Under the pieces are notes generated by a model, which worked only from the letters and a program-made list of their open reading frames with translations, was not told the DNA's origin and searched no databases. The translations under genes were made by a program, and so were the position numbers. A DNA stretch of 64,000 nt. Origin: Candidatus Beckwithbacteria bacterium GW2011_GWC1_49_16 (GTDB taxonomy: Bacteria > Patescibacteriota > Microgenomatia > UBA1400 > CG1-02-47-37). Location of the stretch: assembly GCA_001029675.1 (NCBI GenBank), contig CP011210.1, positions 193 to 64,192 of the forward strand, written 5' to 3'. Shown piece by piece: positions 16,191-25,827 of the stretch; the stretch's first letter is position 1; each line of letters begins with the position of its first letter.

Positions 16191-17294
16191 ATGGCAGTAA
16201 AATCCCCTAAAAAGCTCAAGCCCTTAGACACGACTAAGCTACTAAAAAAAGCGAAAAAAGAAGGTTTTGTCACCCAAGACGAGATTTTAAAGCTGTTTGC
16301 CGACGCCGAGCACAGAGTAGATGAGTTGGACGCTTTATACGATAAGCTCGACCGCTACAACATCGACGTTTTTGATACGTCTGACGAAGAGTTAAAAGCC
16401 GACGCCAAGGCGGCGACAGAGTTGGAGAAAGAACTGGATGATTTATCTAAACTTGAGGCCAAAGGCAGCGCCGATCCGGTGCGGATGTATTTAAAAGAGA
16501 TCGGCCGGATTCCGCTTTTGACCCGGGAGCAGGAGATCGAACTGGCCCAAAAAGTGGAAAAGGGCGATAAAAAGGCCAAAGAGCATTTGACCACGTCGAA
16601 CTTGAGGCTGGTGGTGTCGATTGCCAAAAAGTATATTGGCCGGGGGATGAGCTTTTTGGACTTGATTCAGGAAGGCAACAAGGGCTTGATCCGGGCGGTG
16701 GAAAAGTACGACTGGACCAAGGGGTTTAAGTTTTCGACTTACGCGACTTGGTGGATCCGCCAGGCGATTACCCGGGCGATCGCCGACCAGGCCAGAACCA
16801 TCAGGATTCCGGTGCACATGGTGGAGACGATCAATAAGCTCATCCGCATCAGCCGCAAGCTGATGCAGGAGTTGGGCCGGGAGCCGGCGCCGGAAGAGAT
16901 TGCTAAAGAAATGGATATTGAGCCGTCGAAGGTTCGGGAAATAATGAAGATTAGCCAAAAAACCACTTCGTTGGAAACGCCGATCGGGGACGATGAGGAC
17001 AGCTACCTGGGTGACTTTATTCCCGATGACACCCAGCTGTCGCCCTATGACGTGACTTCGATAAAGATGCTCAAGGAGAACGTTGACGAGGTGTTAAAGT
17101 CGCTTTCGGACCGGGAGGCCAGGGTACTGAAGATGCGTTTTGGGCTGGAGGGAAATAAAAGGCCGATGACTTTGGAGGAGGTGGGCCGCGAATTCGGCGT
17201 CACCCGCGAGCGCATCCGCCAAATTGAAGCCAAGGCTTTAAGAAAGTTAAAGCACCCGTCGCAAAGAAAGAAACTTCAGGACTACTTAGACTAA
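16191..17294 (+). CDS. rpoD: RNA polymerase sigma-70 (primary sigma factor)
   Basis: Regions 1.2-4 are recognisable: [71 protein letters not shown]. Confidence 0.93.
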   Translation: MAVKSPKKLKPLDTTKLLKKAKKEGFVTQDEILKLFADAEHRVDELDALYDKLDRYNIDVFDTSDEELKADAKAATELEKELDDLSKLEAKGSADPVRMYLKEIGRIPLLTREQEIELAQKVEKGDKKAKEHLTTSNLRLVVSIAKKYIGRGMSFLDLIQEGNKGLIRAVEKYDWTKGFKFSTYATWWIRQAITRAIADQARTIRIPVHMVETINKLIRISRKLMQELGREPAPEEIAKEMDIEPSKVREIMKISQKTTSLETPIGDDEDSYLGDFIPDDTQLSPYDVTSIKMLKENVDEVLKSLSDREARVLKMRFGLEGNKRPMTLEEVGREFGVTRERIRQIEAKALRKLKHPSQRKKLQDYLD

Positions 17295-17317
17295 GCGTGG
17301 TAAAATATTAGTCACGT

Positions 17318-17389
17318 TCCGGGGTAGCTCAATGGCAGAGCAAGCGCCTGTTAAGCGCAAGGTTGCGAGTTCGAATCTCGCCTCCGGAG
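17318..17389 (+). tRNA. tRNA-Asn (anticodon GUU)
   Basis: Acceptor TCCGGGG/CTCCGGA with a U1; anticodon loop CTGTTAA, as in the E. coli Asn tRNA; T-arm GCGAG-TTCGAAT-CTCGC. Confidence 0.8.
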
Positions 17390-17437
17390 CACATCATACA
17401 AAGTTCGAATTATTGATTCCAGTGTTATACTTTAATA

Positions 17438-17710
17438 ATGGTGAAATTAAATTTTCTGAAACCTCAAGCAAGAAACCTTTTGATAACTTTTGTAGTTTTA
17501 CTTTTACCTCTCATTAGAGAAAGGGCTCCATTAACCACTGGCGGATATGAGGTATCGCGTTATAGCCCACTGCTTTTGCTTTCTTTATATTTACAAATGG
17601 GAGACTATTATCCTTTCTTGTTAATGGTAGGATTTTCGCTAGTGGTTTATTTTGGGGTATCGGCTATCTTAGCCATTTCTTTAAGGCTCTTCACGAATAA
17701 GAAAAAATAA
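17438..17710 (+). CDS. Small hydrophobic protein (weak)
   Basis: 90-aa AT-rich ORF with transmembrane-like segments. It lies in the AT-rich islet downstream of tRNA-Asn. Confidence 0.25.
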   Translation: MVKLNFLKPQARNLLITFVVLLLPLIRERAPLTTGGYEVSRYSPLLLLSLYLQMGDYYPFLLMVGFSLVVYFGVSAILAISLRLFTNKKK

Positions 17711-17807
17711 TTTCAGGTTTGTTTTCGTAAAACCAGTTTCGAAGTTTGTATGCTAGGGGGAGCCAAGCAGGATTCGAACTTAATGGCTGGTTTGGTAAAA
17801 TTGGGAA

Positions 17808-18308
17808 ATGAGTAAAGTGAAAATAATTCAGAGTTTTGAAAAGGGGATTGTGGTAATGCACAATGCCGGTTTATGGATGGAGAAGAGTGGGTTGAAGCCT
17901 AATAAATGGTGGAAGCCGGAGAACATGAATCGTAATTTTATACTAAAGCACACAGAGCCTGATGAGTTTTATGTGGCTTTAGTGGGAGATAAGCCAGCGG
18001 CTTCTATGGTTCTTCAGGAAACAGAGAGAAACCAAAGCTGGAAGAGCGTTGATGGGGATAAACCCAAAAGAGCTTTATATCTTCATTGGTTATGTGTGCA
18101 AAGGGACTTTGCCGGCAAGGGTTTTCCTAAAGTGATGGTGGAGTTTGCCAAAGGCGAAGCAAAAAAGAGAGGTTTTAGTTTATTAAGGCTTGATACGAAT
18201 GCCAACGAAGAAAAGCTGTGCTCGCTTTATGAAGGGTTGGGTTTTAGGTTGATGGGAAACGAAGAAGGAGATGGGCACAAAACGGCTTTTTACCAAATAA
18301 GGCTTTAG
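17808..18308 (+). CDS. GNAT family N-acetyltransferase
   Basis: LHWLCVQRDFAGKGFPKVMVEFAKGEAKKRGFSLLRLDTN matches GNAT motifs A and B. Confidence 0.65.
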   Translation: MSKVKIIQSFEKGIVVMHNAGLWMEKSGLKPNKWWKPENMNRNFILKHTEPDEFYVALVGDKPAASMVLQETERNQSWKSVDGDKPKRALYLHWLCVQRDFAGKGFPKVMVEFAKGEAKKRGFSLLRLDTNANEEKLCSLYEGLGFRLMGNEEGDGHKTAFYQIRL

Positions 18309-18405
18309 GCTGAGGATTTTATCCCAGAAGGGGAGCTGCGCCTTTGCCTCAAGAAAATAAATTGACATCGTATGGGAAGATAGAGCTTTTGGGTATAATG
18401 TATCA

Positions 18406-18741
18406 GTGAAGCTAAAAACATTAACTCAATATCAAGAAGAAGTAAAAAGGCTGGTAAAGAAGTTTAACTTGAACTGGTCTGTTTATATCCGATATATTCA
18501 TTTGGTTGAAGAGATTGGTGAGTTAGGCGAGGCGATTACAGTTCATCAAGGCGACAGAAAGGCGGGTTCAGGCGAGTCCGCTCTCGCAGATCATACAGAC
18601 TTAAAAGAAGAGCTCGGCGATGCTCTTTTCGGATTGATTGATATTGCCAGTCAGTTAGGGATTAGTATGGGTGAGGCATTAGAAGATGCTTTTAGGAGGT
18701 ATGAAGGAAAACTGAACAGTTTAAATAAAAAGATAGAGTGA
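18406..18741 (+). CDS. MazG-like nucleotide pyrophosphohydrolase (small all-alpha NTP-PPase)
   Basis: EEIGELGEAI...EELGDALFGLIDIA is the EExxE/D...ExxD MazG signature. Confidence 0.7.
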   Translation: MKLKTLTQYQEEVKRLVKKFNLNWSVYIRYIHLVEEIGELGEAITVHQGDRKAGSGESALADHTDLKEELGDALFGLIDIASQLGISMGEALEDAFRRYEGKLNSLNKKIE

Positions 18742-18848
18742 AGTCCTAACTTGGTCTAATGCGGGGAGGCAATATTTCTAGCTTTAAATAGCCTCAACAC
18801 CTATGCGTAGTTTCTTAATTTAACTTAGAACTTAGTATAATAACGTTT

Positions 18849-19337
18849 ATGAAAAGAAAATCTATCGTTTATCTAATTTGTGGATTTATCGGTGCTGGTA
18901 AAACTGCTTTTGCAAAGAAGCTAGAGGAAAAAACTGGTGCAGTGAGAATCACGAAAGATGAGTGGTCAATTCGTTTAATTGGAAACGATCCTACAATCGA
19001 TGGATATGAGGAATGGGATCATAAAATCTGCGATTTATCAAGGGATTTTGCATTCCAGCTTGCTGAAAAAGGGATTGATGTTATTATTGACGAGGGATTT
19101 TGGGAAAAAGAACTACGAGAGGAAATGAGAAGGAGAACAGGTAGAATTGGTGCTAAAGCTGTAATGTACTATGTTGAGACGCCGATAGAAACGATACGAG
19201 AAAGGGTTGTGGGAAGAAACGATAATCTCACGAAAGACTCGTTTAAGATTAGCAGAGAAATGTTTGAAAATTACCTGAAGTATTGGCAACCTCCTAGTGA
19301 AGATGAGGATTACGTTCTTGCCAGTGAAGTGAAATAA
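18849..19337 (+). CDS. P-loop kinase (AAA_33 / zeta-toxin / chloramphenicol-phosphotransferase-like fold)
   Basis: Walker A ICGFIGAGKTAF and Walker B-like VIIDEGFW. Confidence 0.65.
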   Translation: MKRKSIVYLICGFIGAGKTAFAKKLEEKTGAVRITKDEWSIRLIGNDPTIDGYEEWDHKICDLSRDFAFQLAEKGIDVIIDEGFWEKELREEMRRRTGRIGAKAVMYYVETPIETIRERVVGRNDNLTKDSFKISREMFENYLKYWQPPSEDEDYVLASEVK

Positions 19338-19486
19338 AATATATCAATTCTTGATATCCTCCTTCCCTTCAATATTTTCTAAACTAACGTCTAATTGAAG
19401 TTTCTTGTTCCTGAACATGTTTACTAAGGAAAGCCAAGGGTTATAGAAATTTGCAAAAAAGGCAATAAAAGAGATAAAGTAAGTAA

Positions 19487-20125
19487 ATGAATAATAAACT
19501 GGCTATGGGCATCCTTTTTGCCGTGGTTATCATCGGCGGCGTGGGAGCGTGGTTTCTGTTGGGTAGCAAAGGCGAAGGACAGCCGGCGGCAATAAGCACA
19601 GGGTCGGGGGTTGATACGGCAGCCGAAGAGGGAATGGATGACTGCTTTATCCCCAAACAGGGTGAAGCAGAATGTGTTATTGATGCCACTGCCGTGGTGG
19701 TGGAACGAGTAGTAACCGGCGGCCGGTGCGAAGGCCTTCGGGCGACCATAACTTTTGATACTGAAATGACTTCGCTTGAGCCTCAACAGCAAGGTGAGGT
19801 AGTGATGCAGATACATCCGCGAGGGGAAACTAATGACGGTTCGGCAGACACCGGTGCAGGAGTGGGCCACTACTCCGGCGGCAGATGGCTTCCTTTTAGC
19901 TTTGGCCCGGGCGACTCCCAGCCCGCGGAGGGGACTTTTACAGCTGAAGTGGAAGGTAATACCGTGACCCTTGAATTGTACGAGTTTGCCGACGGCAGCT
20001 GTATCACGGATGACAGCCAAATGCGACTGAAGGCAGAAATGACCAATCCTGCGGGCGAGCGCGTCTATGACGTTATCGGCACCTCCGATCTGATGGAGTA
20101 TGCGCCGCCTTTGTCGTACAAGTAG
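19487..20125 (+). CDS. Hypothetical secreted / membrane-anchored protein
   Basis: N-terminal transmembrane helix MGILFAVVIIGGVGAWFLL, then an acidic soluble domain. I prefer it to the Arg/His-rich antisense ORF at 19424-20143. Confidence 0.5.
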   Translation: MNNKLAMGILFAVVIIGGVGAWFLLGSKGEGQPAAISTGSGVDTAAEEGMDDCFIPKQGEAECVIDATAVVVERVVTGGRCEGLRATITFDTEMTSLEPQQQGEVVMQIHPRGETNDGSADTGAGVGHYSGGRWLPFSFGPGDSQPAEGTFTAEVEGNTVTLELYEFADGSCITDDSQMRLKAEMTNPAGERVYDVIGTSDLMEYAPPLSYK

Positions 20126-20147
20126 GAGAAGTCTCCAAACCATCCAA

Positions 20148-20531
20148 ATGGCTTTTGATTACACCGTCACCACCAAAAAATCGTTTGCTGAAGCGGTGGC
20201 GGAGGTTGAGAGGGAGACAGTCAGGGTAGGTTTTAAAGTTCTTTACGTCCACGACATCGCCTCTGCCCTGAAGGAGAAGGGATTTGAGCTTGAGCCATTT
20301 AAAATCATCGAGGTCTGCAGTGCCCAAAGCGCGAACAGAGTCCTTAAAGCGGACATCAAAATGGGTTTATGCCTGCCTTGTAAGATCAACGTCTACCAAA
20401 AGGGCGGGCAAACGTTTATCTCCGGGATGCGGCCGATTCTTTTGTCTCAACTTTTCCCCCAGGCAGATCTAGGCAGTTTTCCCGCAGAAGTCGACGGCAT
20501 TGTCAGGAAGATTATAGACAGGAGTAAGTAG
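20148..20531 (+). CDS. DUF302 family protein
   Basis: MAFDYTVTTKKSFAEAVAEVER...GFKVLYVHDI resembles DUF302. The start is trimmed to the internal ATG so that it does not overlap the previous gene. Confidence 0.6.
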   Translation: MAFDYTVTTKKSFAEAVAEVERETVRVGFKVLYVHDIASALKEKGFELEPFKIIEVCSAQSANRVLKADIKMGLCLPCKINVYQKGGQTFISGMRPILLSQLFPQADLGSFPAEVDGIVRKIIDRSK

Positions 20532-20532
20532 G

Positions 20533-20937
20533 ATGGATGAGGGTCAGGATTTAAGACGACTTTATCAAAGCATCAAAACCATTGCCGTGGTGGGGTTGTC
20601 GGACAATGAGGCGCGGCCGTCTTTTGAAGTAGCCAGTTACCTAAAAAACCAGGGTTATAAAATCATTCCGGTCAATCCGATGATTGAGAGTTGGATGGGC
20701 GAGAAAAGTTATTCGTCGCTTGAAGACATTGCCGAGCGGGTTGATGTGGTTGATATCTTTAGAAAACCGGAGTTTGTAGGTGAAATTATGGACCAAGCGA
20801 TTAAAATCGACGCCAAAGTGGTCTGGATGCAAGAGGGAATAGTGAACGAAAAAGCGGCTCAAAAAGGCCGGGATGCAGGGCTAACGGTGGTGATGGACCG
20901 GTGCCTGATGAAAGAGCACAAAAAGCTATTTAAGTGA
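20533..20937 (+). CDS. CoA-binding domain protein (YccU-like)
   Basis: IAVVGLSDNEARPSFEVASYLKNQGYKIIPVNP matches the CoA_binding_2 family. Confidence 0.75.
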   Translation: MDEGQDLRRLYQSIKTIAVVGLSDNEARPSFEVASYLKNQGYKIIPVNPMIESWMGEKSYSSLEDIAERVDVVDIFRKPEFVGEIMDQAIKIDAKVVWMQEGIVNEKAAQKGRDAGLTVVMDRCLMKEHKKLFK

Positions 20938-20938
20938 A

Positions 20939-22813
20939 GTGGCGCGATTAGTGGCGCGAATGTGGCGCGAATGGCGGTGTGGCGTTAGGGAGAGAGGTAA
21001 AAGTAGTTTGGACAAAGGTGATATCATACCTCAAATGAACAAAGAGTTTGGGGAGATAGTCAGGGGTTTTAAAAGAACCGTTGGGTTGATGGAGAGGTCA
21101 GAAAAGGCGATGCTAGCTTTGGCCTCTTTTTTGATGCTGGCCACCGGTGTTTTGACCAACTTGCCGGCGGTGATACTGGGGCGGTTGGTAGATAATCTCA
21201 TCGGTCTTAAAGACATTCAGTTCAGCCAAGCGACTCCTTTTATCGGCCTGATCGTGGTTATCATCCTTTTGCGGGAGATTTTGACGGTAATAAGAAAGTA
21301 TTTGGTAGAAAACATTGCCACCCAAACAGAAAAGAAGCAGACCGTAGCGGTGATTGAACGCTTGTTGAAAACGGATATTGCAGTAGTCAACAGAAAACAG
21401 ATTGGTTCGCTTCACGGCAGGATATTTCGCTCTATTCAAGGCATGGTCAGGGTGATCAAGCTGGGTTTTTTGGATTTTTTCCCGGTGTTTTTCAGCGCTT
21501 TGGCGGCCGTGGCCATAGCCGTGTCCCAAAAGCCGCTACTGGCCTCGGTGATGATTCTGGTCATTCCCACGGGCGTGCTTCTTATCGTCAAACAAGTTGC
21601 TTCGCAAAAGGGAATTAGGGTGGCTCTGCTTCGGGGCAAAGAGAAAATAGACGGGGCGGTAATCGAAATGTTGGGGGGACTGGAGACGGTTAGGGTGGCT
21701 AACACCACCGCCAATGAGGTGGAAAAGGTGGAAACCGTTGCCGAGGATTTAAGGCGCCAGGAGATTAAACACCATATTTATATGGCTCTTTTTGATTCCG
21801 GTAAATACTTAAACGAGGGCTTTTTCTATATTTTGGTAGTCAGTCTATCCATTCTGTTTTCAGCCCAAGGGGTGATTAGCCGGGGTGACATTTTGGTGTA
21901 CTCAATACTATTTTTAAGCATTACCGGGCCTTTAAGAGAAATTCACCGGATTCTGGATGAGGCTCACGAGAGCTCTATCAGGGTGAATGATTTATATGAG
22001 CTGCTAGAACAGCCTTTAGATGAATCATTTATGACCGCGTCTTCTGGGAAAAGATTGAAGAAAATTAAAAAAGCAGTGGTTAAAGCGGACAATTTGTCTT
22101 TTGGCTACCCGGAAAGAACCACTATGGCTCTGAAGGGCATTAACCTTGCCATTGCAAAAGGGGAAAAAGTGGGGATTGCCGGAGCTTCTGGTTGTGGTAA
22201 ATCCACTTTCATTAAAATACTTTTGCGGCTGATGCACGACTACTCGGGAAAAGTAACCTTGTTTGGCAAAGATTTAAAAAGTATTACCAGGGAAGAGATA
22301 GCCGGAAAAATTGCTTACGTGCCGCAAAAAACCTACATTTTTTCTGGCACCATCAAAGACAATATTATTTATGGTTGTTTGAGAAAAAGAATCTCTAACA
22401 GAGAAATTGTTAGGGCAGCCAAAAAGGCACATATTTACGAGGAAATAGTCGGCTTTCTGGGTGGTTTTGACGGCGTGGTGACGGAAAACGGCAACAACCT
22501 AAGCGGCGGCCAAAAACAAAGGCTGGCTTTAGCCAGGCTGATCTTAAAATCTCCGGAGCTATTTATCTTTGACGAGGCCACTTCGGCGCTGGATAACACT
22601 AATGAAATTTTAATTCAGAGAAACATGGAAAAGCTGTTTAAAGACAAAACTATGATTACCATTGCCCACAGACTAACCACGCTTAAAAACAGCGACAGGA
22701 TTTTGGTTTTTGATAAGGGCAAGATTGTGCAGGAAGGAAAGTATGGAGAACTAGCTAAAAAGGCAGGTTTGTTTAGAGACTTTCTGAAACAAAAAGAGAA
22801 AGAGGGGGTATGA
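20939..22813 (+). CDS. ABC transporter, fused permease/ATP-binding exporter (MsbA-like)
   Basis: Six-helix transmembrane domain followed by Walker A GASGCGKST, the signature LSGGQKQR and Walker B LFIFDEATSALD. The true start may be the ATG at 21035 (MNKEF...). Confidence 0.88.
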   Translation: MARLVARMWREWRCGVRERGKSSLDKGDIIPQMNKEFGEIVRGFKRTVGLMERSEKAMLALASFLMLATGVLTNLPAVILGRLVDNLIGLKDIQFSQATPFIGLIVVIILLREILTVIRKYLVENIATQTEKKQTVAVIERLLKTDIAVVNRKQIGSLHGRIFRSIQGMVRVIKLGFLDFFPVFFSALAAVAIAVSQKPLLASVMILVIPTGVLLIVKQVASQKGIRVALLRGKEKIDGAVIEMLGGLETVRVANTTANEVEKVETVAEDLRRQEIKHHIYMALFDSGKYLNEGFFYILVVSLSILFSAQGVISRGDILVYSILFLSITGPLREIHRILDEAHESSIRVNDLYELLEQPLDESFMTASSGKRLKKIKKAVVKADNLSFGYPERTTMALKGINLAIAKGEKVGIAGASGCGKSTFIKILLRLMHDYSGKVTLFGKDLKSITREEIAGKIAYVPQKTYIFSGTIKDNIIYGCLRKRISNREIVRAAKKAHIYEEIVGFLGGFDGVVTENGNNLSGGQKQRLALARLILKSPELFIFDEATSALDNTNEILIQRNMEKLFKDKTMITIAHRLTTLKNSDRILVFDKGKIVQEGKYGELAKKAGLFRDFLKQKEKEGV

Positions 22814-23061
22814 TGATATCTTCTTTTATGAAAAGTAAAAAAATCTTAGTCTTGTTGGTGCTATTGTTTGTGGCGCTGTTGGGCTTGATAGATTTTGTTA
22901 ATCAGAAGTCAATTGCCAGTCGCCAGGCAGAAATCCGCGCGACGGGAGCCAGGGTAATGCCGTTTGATTTAAGCAAAACTACCTATATATTTGACAGGAC
23001 GGATACGGGTGGAGTGCAACAAGTGAAGGTAAAAAAGCATGCCCGGTCTGTCTGTGCTTGA
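22810..23061 (+). CDS. Small membrane protein (weak)
   Basis: 83-aa ORF with an N-terminal transmembrane helix. Its start overlaps the stop of the ABC transporter. Confidence 0.35.
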   Translation: MMISSFMKSKKILVLLVLLFVALLGLIDFVNQKSIASRQAEIRATGARVMPFDLSKTTYIFDRTDTGGVQQVKVKKHARSVCA

Positions 23062-23215
23062 GAAAGCTCAAGGGAAATTTACCGTCGAATATTCTGATTT
23101 ATCCGATGGAGGGCAAATTGTTTACACGACAGGCGAAAGCGATGTTTTAGAAGCCTTTCACTTGTGGTTTATGGCCCAGCTTCAGGATCACGGATCAGAC
23201 GCGATGGAACATAGG
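23039..23215 (+). CDS. Candidate small ORF (58 aa), not in the ORF track
   Basis: Hand translation gives MPGLSVLEKAQGKFTVEYSDLSDGGQIVYTTGESDVLEAFHLWFMAQLQDHGSDAMEHR. Composition is protein-like and there is a GAAGG Shine-Dalgarno-like motif about 9 nt upstream. Confidence 0.3.
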
Positions 23216-23235
23216 TGATAGAGTTCAACTCTGGT

Positions 23236-23241
23236 ATAATA
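23236..23241 (+). promoter_or_regulatory. Candidate -10 box (TATAAT) of a short non-coding transcript
   Basis: TATAAT lies about 105 nt upstream of an intrinsic terminator, with no credible ORF between them. Confidence 0.3.
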
Positions 23242-23344
23242 TTTTCATATGGCTAACATGGCCTCTCTAAAATTTTTCTTTTTCCAAAGAGATTTGGGGA
23301 GGTTGTTAGTGGCTATATAGTCAACTAGATAAAATACATTTAAA

Positions 23345-23367
23345 CCTCCCCGCAGGGAGGTTTTTTT
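23345..23367 (+). terminator. Intrinsic terminator (CCTCCC-cgca-GGGAGG plus T7)
   Basis: Perfect 6-bp GC-rich hairpin followed by TTTTTTT. Confidence 0.6.
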
Positions 23368-23392
23368 GTGGTCTAGAAAAGAGGTTGTAAGT

Positions 23393-24040
23393 ATGAGTGA
23401 GAGATTGAGACATGAGAGTTCGAGAGTAGCCAACGCCAGCGACGGCTGGATTACTCCGGCTGGAGTTTTTTACGGTTGCGAGTCAGATGAGCATGATGAG
23501 CTGGCAAGGTTTTTGTGGGAGAGTCAGAGGGAGAAGATCCTGGCTGGTATTACAGAAGATATAGATAACTTAAATCCGAGGATAATCTTGAAACAAGCCG
23601 GTTATGCTTTGTTGTCGCGGGGTCTGTTAGCCGAAGAAAATTTGCCCGACCGTCTGTCGGCCAAACAGTTGGTGTTTATATCTGAGAACAGATTGCTTTT
23701 GGTGCCCGGAAGCAGTCGATGGAACTCATTTAGCCTCAATGTCGTTAGCTTTAGGGAAGGCAAGGCAATATTTGATGCTTTAACCCAGGGGGATAGAGAT
23801 GAAATTGTTTTACATAAATCGTCGGGAGATATGATTTTGTGGAGGCAATTGATGTTGCCTTCTGGTGAGGAAAAGTTTGTGCAATATCACCTTCATATCC
23901 ACCAGGGAGTTTTTAGTTCCAGGGAAAAGAAGGCGAGCTTTTCCTTAGTAACAAAAGCTGAGGTTAAAAGTTTTATTGATGAGATCAAGAAGTGGACAAA
24001 AGACTTTCGGCTTCAAGGCGAAGGGTTGCTGGAAGGTTAA
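23393..24040 (+). CDS. Hypothetical protein
   Basis: ORF with an AAAGAGG Shine-Dalgarno motif 8 nt before the ATG at 23393. The longer version from 23366 would span the terminator. Confidence 0.5.
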   Translation: MSERLRHESSRVANASDGWITPAGVFYGCESDEHDELARFLWESQREKILAGITEDIDNLNPRIILKQAGYALLSRGLLAEENLPDRLSAKQLVFISENRLLLVPGSSRWNSFSLNVVSFREGKAIFDALTQGDRDEIVLHKSSGDMILWRQLMLPSGEEKFVQYHLHIHQGVFSSREKKASFSLVTKAEVKSFIDEIKKWTKDFRLQGEGLLEG

Positions 24041-24088
24041 AGTCACCAAGCGGCGCGATTAGGAGAGCTAATTTGATAGAATAGAGCA

Positions 24089-24394
24089 ATGACTAAAAAC
24101 CCACTAGTGAATGCGTTGGCGGCGATCCTTTACATTGCGGCTGTGGCCTCGGTGATGTTTTATGGGGGAAAGTTTTCCGGACCGGTGAATTCGGTGATCG
24201 CGCCGATGGCGGTGGTATCACTTTTTACCTTGTCGGCAGCGGTAATGGGCTACGTATTATTGTACCAGCCGTTTCAGCTTTACTTTGACGGCAAAAAGAA
24301 GCTAGCGATAGGGCTTTTTTTCAAGACTTTGGCAATTTTTGCGGCAGTAACAATTTTAACTTTTGTGTGGATCTTTGCCAGGGACTGGAGTTAG
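24089..24394 (+). CDS. Hypothetical membrane protein (3 TM)
   Basis: 101-aa ORF with three hydrophobic helices. Confidence 0.45.
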   Translation: MTKNPLVNALAAILYIAAVASVMFYGGKFSGPVNSVIAPMAVVSLFTLSAAVMGYVLLYQPFQLYFDGKKKLAIGLFFKTLAIFAAVTILTFVWIFARDWS

Positions 24395-24409
24395 CCTTGG
24401 CAGGAAGAC

Positions 24410-24616
24410 ATGGACAAAATAAAAACAGAAGCCATCCTAACCTGTCCCAAGTGTGGCAAGCCTCAAGAAGTAGAAATGCCCATTGATGCCTGTCAGTTTT
24501 TTTACAAATGCGTTCATTGTGGGGAGATGCTCAAACCCAAAAAGGGAGATTGTTGCGTTTTCTGCTCGTACGCTGATAGCAAATGCCCGTCCAAACAAAT
24601 AGAAGCCAAAGCCTAG
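24410..24616 (+). CDS. Small Cys-rich zinc-ribbon protein (CPKCG...CVHCG...GDCCVFCSY...CP)
   Basis: Eight Cys in 68 aa arranged as CxxC pairs. Confidence 0.5.
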   Translation: MDKIKTEAILTCPKCGKPQEVEMPIDACQFFYKCVHCGEMLKPKKGDCCVFCSYADSKCPSKQIEAKA

Positions 24617-24631
24617 TTAGTTAGTGTCTTT

Positions 24632-24910
24632 TTACTCTTGGTGTTGTTTGACCGTTTCTTCCATGCCTTCCAGGGAGAGTTTATCAAGGGCGGTGGCGGT
24701 GGCGTTTTGTCTTAGTTGAGGCGGAACGACTATAAGGGCTTCTTCTTTGCTGTCAAGCTCGATAATAAACCAGGCTTTGTGGACGTTGTCTTTGCAACCC
24801 CAGTCGGCGTTAACTAAAAAGTGCGAGCCGGTGGCTTTGAAAATGGCCACGGTTCGGTCACAGGCAGCTTGATTATTTTCGTGGTTGACTTCGATTAAGA
24901 ATCTAGCCAT
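24632..24910 (-). CDS. Hypothetical protein
   Basis: 92-aa ORF. No family recognised. Confidence 0.45.
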   Translation of the reverse strand: MARFLIEVNHENNQAACDRTVAIFKATGSHFLVNADWGCKDNVHKAWFIIELDSKEEALIVVPPQLRQNATATALDKLSLEGMEETVKQHQE

Positions 24911-24918
24911 TGTTGCCT

Positions 24919-25389
24919 TTAGCCTTGATAGGTGGCGACGAGGTTGCCGTCTTGGTCGCGGGCTTCAAGGTGGTCCCAGTCAATGTCCGGGTCGGGGCCG
25001 TCGATACTACAGGCGTTGGCGTCGGCACAGTTTGACTGATTGTCTTCAATAACTGCCTGCCAAACCTTTTGGCCGTTTCTGGTGGCAGTCAGGGTAACCG
25101 GCCTGGAGTTTTGAACTCCGGGAGCGCGAACGATGATGTGGGCTTTCTCTCCAAAGGGAAAAGCATCAAGCGGAGTGTAGTTTGGGGGCTTGATGAATTC
25201 AAAATCGCCTAGGGGAGTTTCGTCGGCTTGCCCCACTTCGCGCGAGGCTTCAAGGGGTGAAGTTTGGTCTGTCCCCGAGCGGAGGGAAAAGTTGGCCTTG
25301 GGAGCAAATAACAAATAGAGAATGATGGCCAGAACGATTAGAAACAGGAGAATAATGGCCAGAGCGGGGGATTTGGTTTTGGTAGCCAT
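24919..25389 (-). CDS. Hypothetical membrane-anchored extracytoplasmic protein
   Basis: N-terminal transmembrane helix PALAIILLFLIVLAIILYLLF, followed by a soluble domain. Confidence 0.5.
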   Translation of the reverse strand: MATKTKSPALAIILLFLIVLAIILYLLFAPKANFSLRSGTDQTSPLEASREVGQADETPLGDFEFIKPPNYTPLDAFPFGEKAHIIVRAPGVQNSRPVTLTATRNGQKVWQAVIEDNQSNCADANACSIDGPDPDIDWDHLEARDQDGNLVATYQG

Positions 25390-25452
25390 CTAACTAAAAT
25401 GCTACCGAATCGGTAGCATATTGTCAAGATTTAAAAGAAGAGCGTAAGGAAT

Positions 25453-25827
25453 TTGGGGTTTGGCCGTCTTATAGGTAGAGGATATATGAAGCAGGTCATA
25501 CCCCAAAAGACGGTTCAGATGATCAACTACGCAGTGGGGGGAATTAACTTCTTCTTGCTCTTAAGGTTGTTGTTTAAGGCCTTTGGGGCCAATACTTTTT
25601 CTCCGATTGTGTCGGTGACTTATTCTTTGTCTGACGCTTTGCTGATACCTTTCCGGGGTATTTTTGATCCGGCGGTTTCGGGGCAGTCGGTGATCGAGCC
25701 GTCGATCCTGGTGGCGATGCTGATTTACTCGGTTTTGGCCAGGGCGGCGGTAGAGCTGATGGCGATTATGGCTGACGGAGAAGAAAACGAGGCTAAGGAG
25801 GTCGACTATGAAATGGGGTTTGAGTAG
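25453..25827 (+). CDS. YggT-family membrane protein (probable)
   Basis: INYAVGGINFFLLLRLLFKAF...LLIPFRGIF resembles YggT/Ycf19. Confidence 0.5.
   Translation: MGFGRLIGRGYMKQVIPQKTVQMINYAVGGINFFLLLRLLFKAFGANTFSPIVSVTYSLSDALLIPFRGIFDPAVSGQSVIEPSILVAMLIYSVLARAAVELMAIMADGEENEAKEVDYEMGFE

Noticed and set aside
16491-16966. Several minus-strand ORFs (155, 90 and 75 aa) inside rpoD
   Set aside because: Antisense to a highly conserved sigma-70 gene; Arg/Pro-rich.
19424-20143. Minus-strand 239-aa ORF
   Set aside because: Arg/His/Cys-rich low-complexity translation. The plus-strand ORF 19487-20125 has a transmembrane anchor and globular composition.
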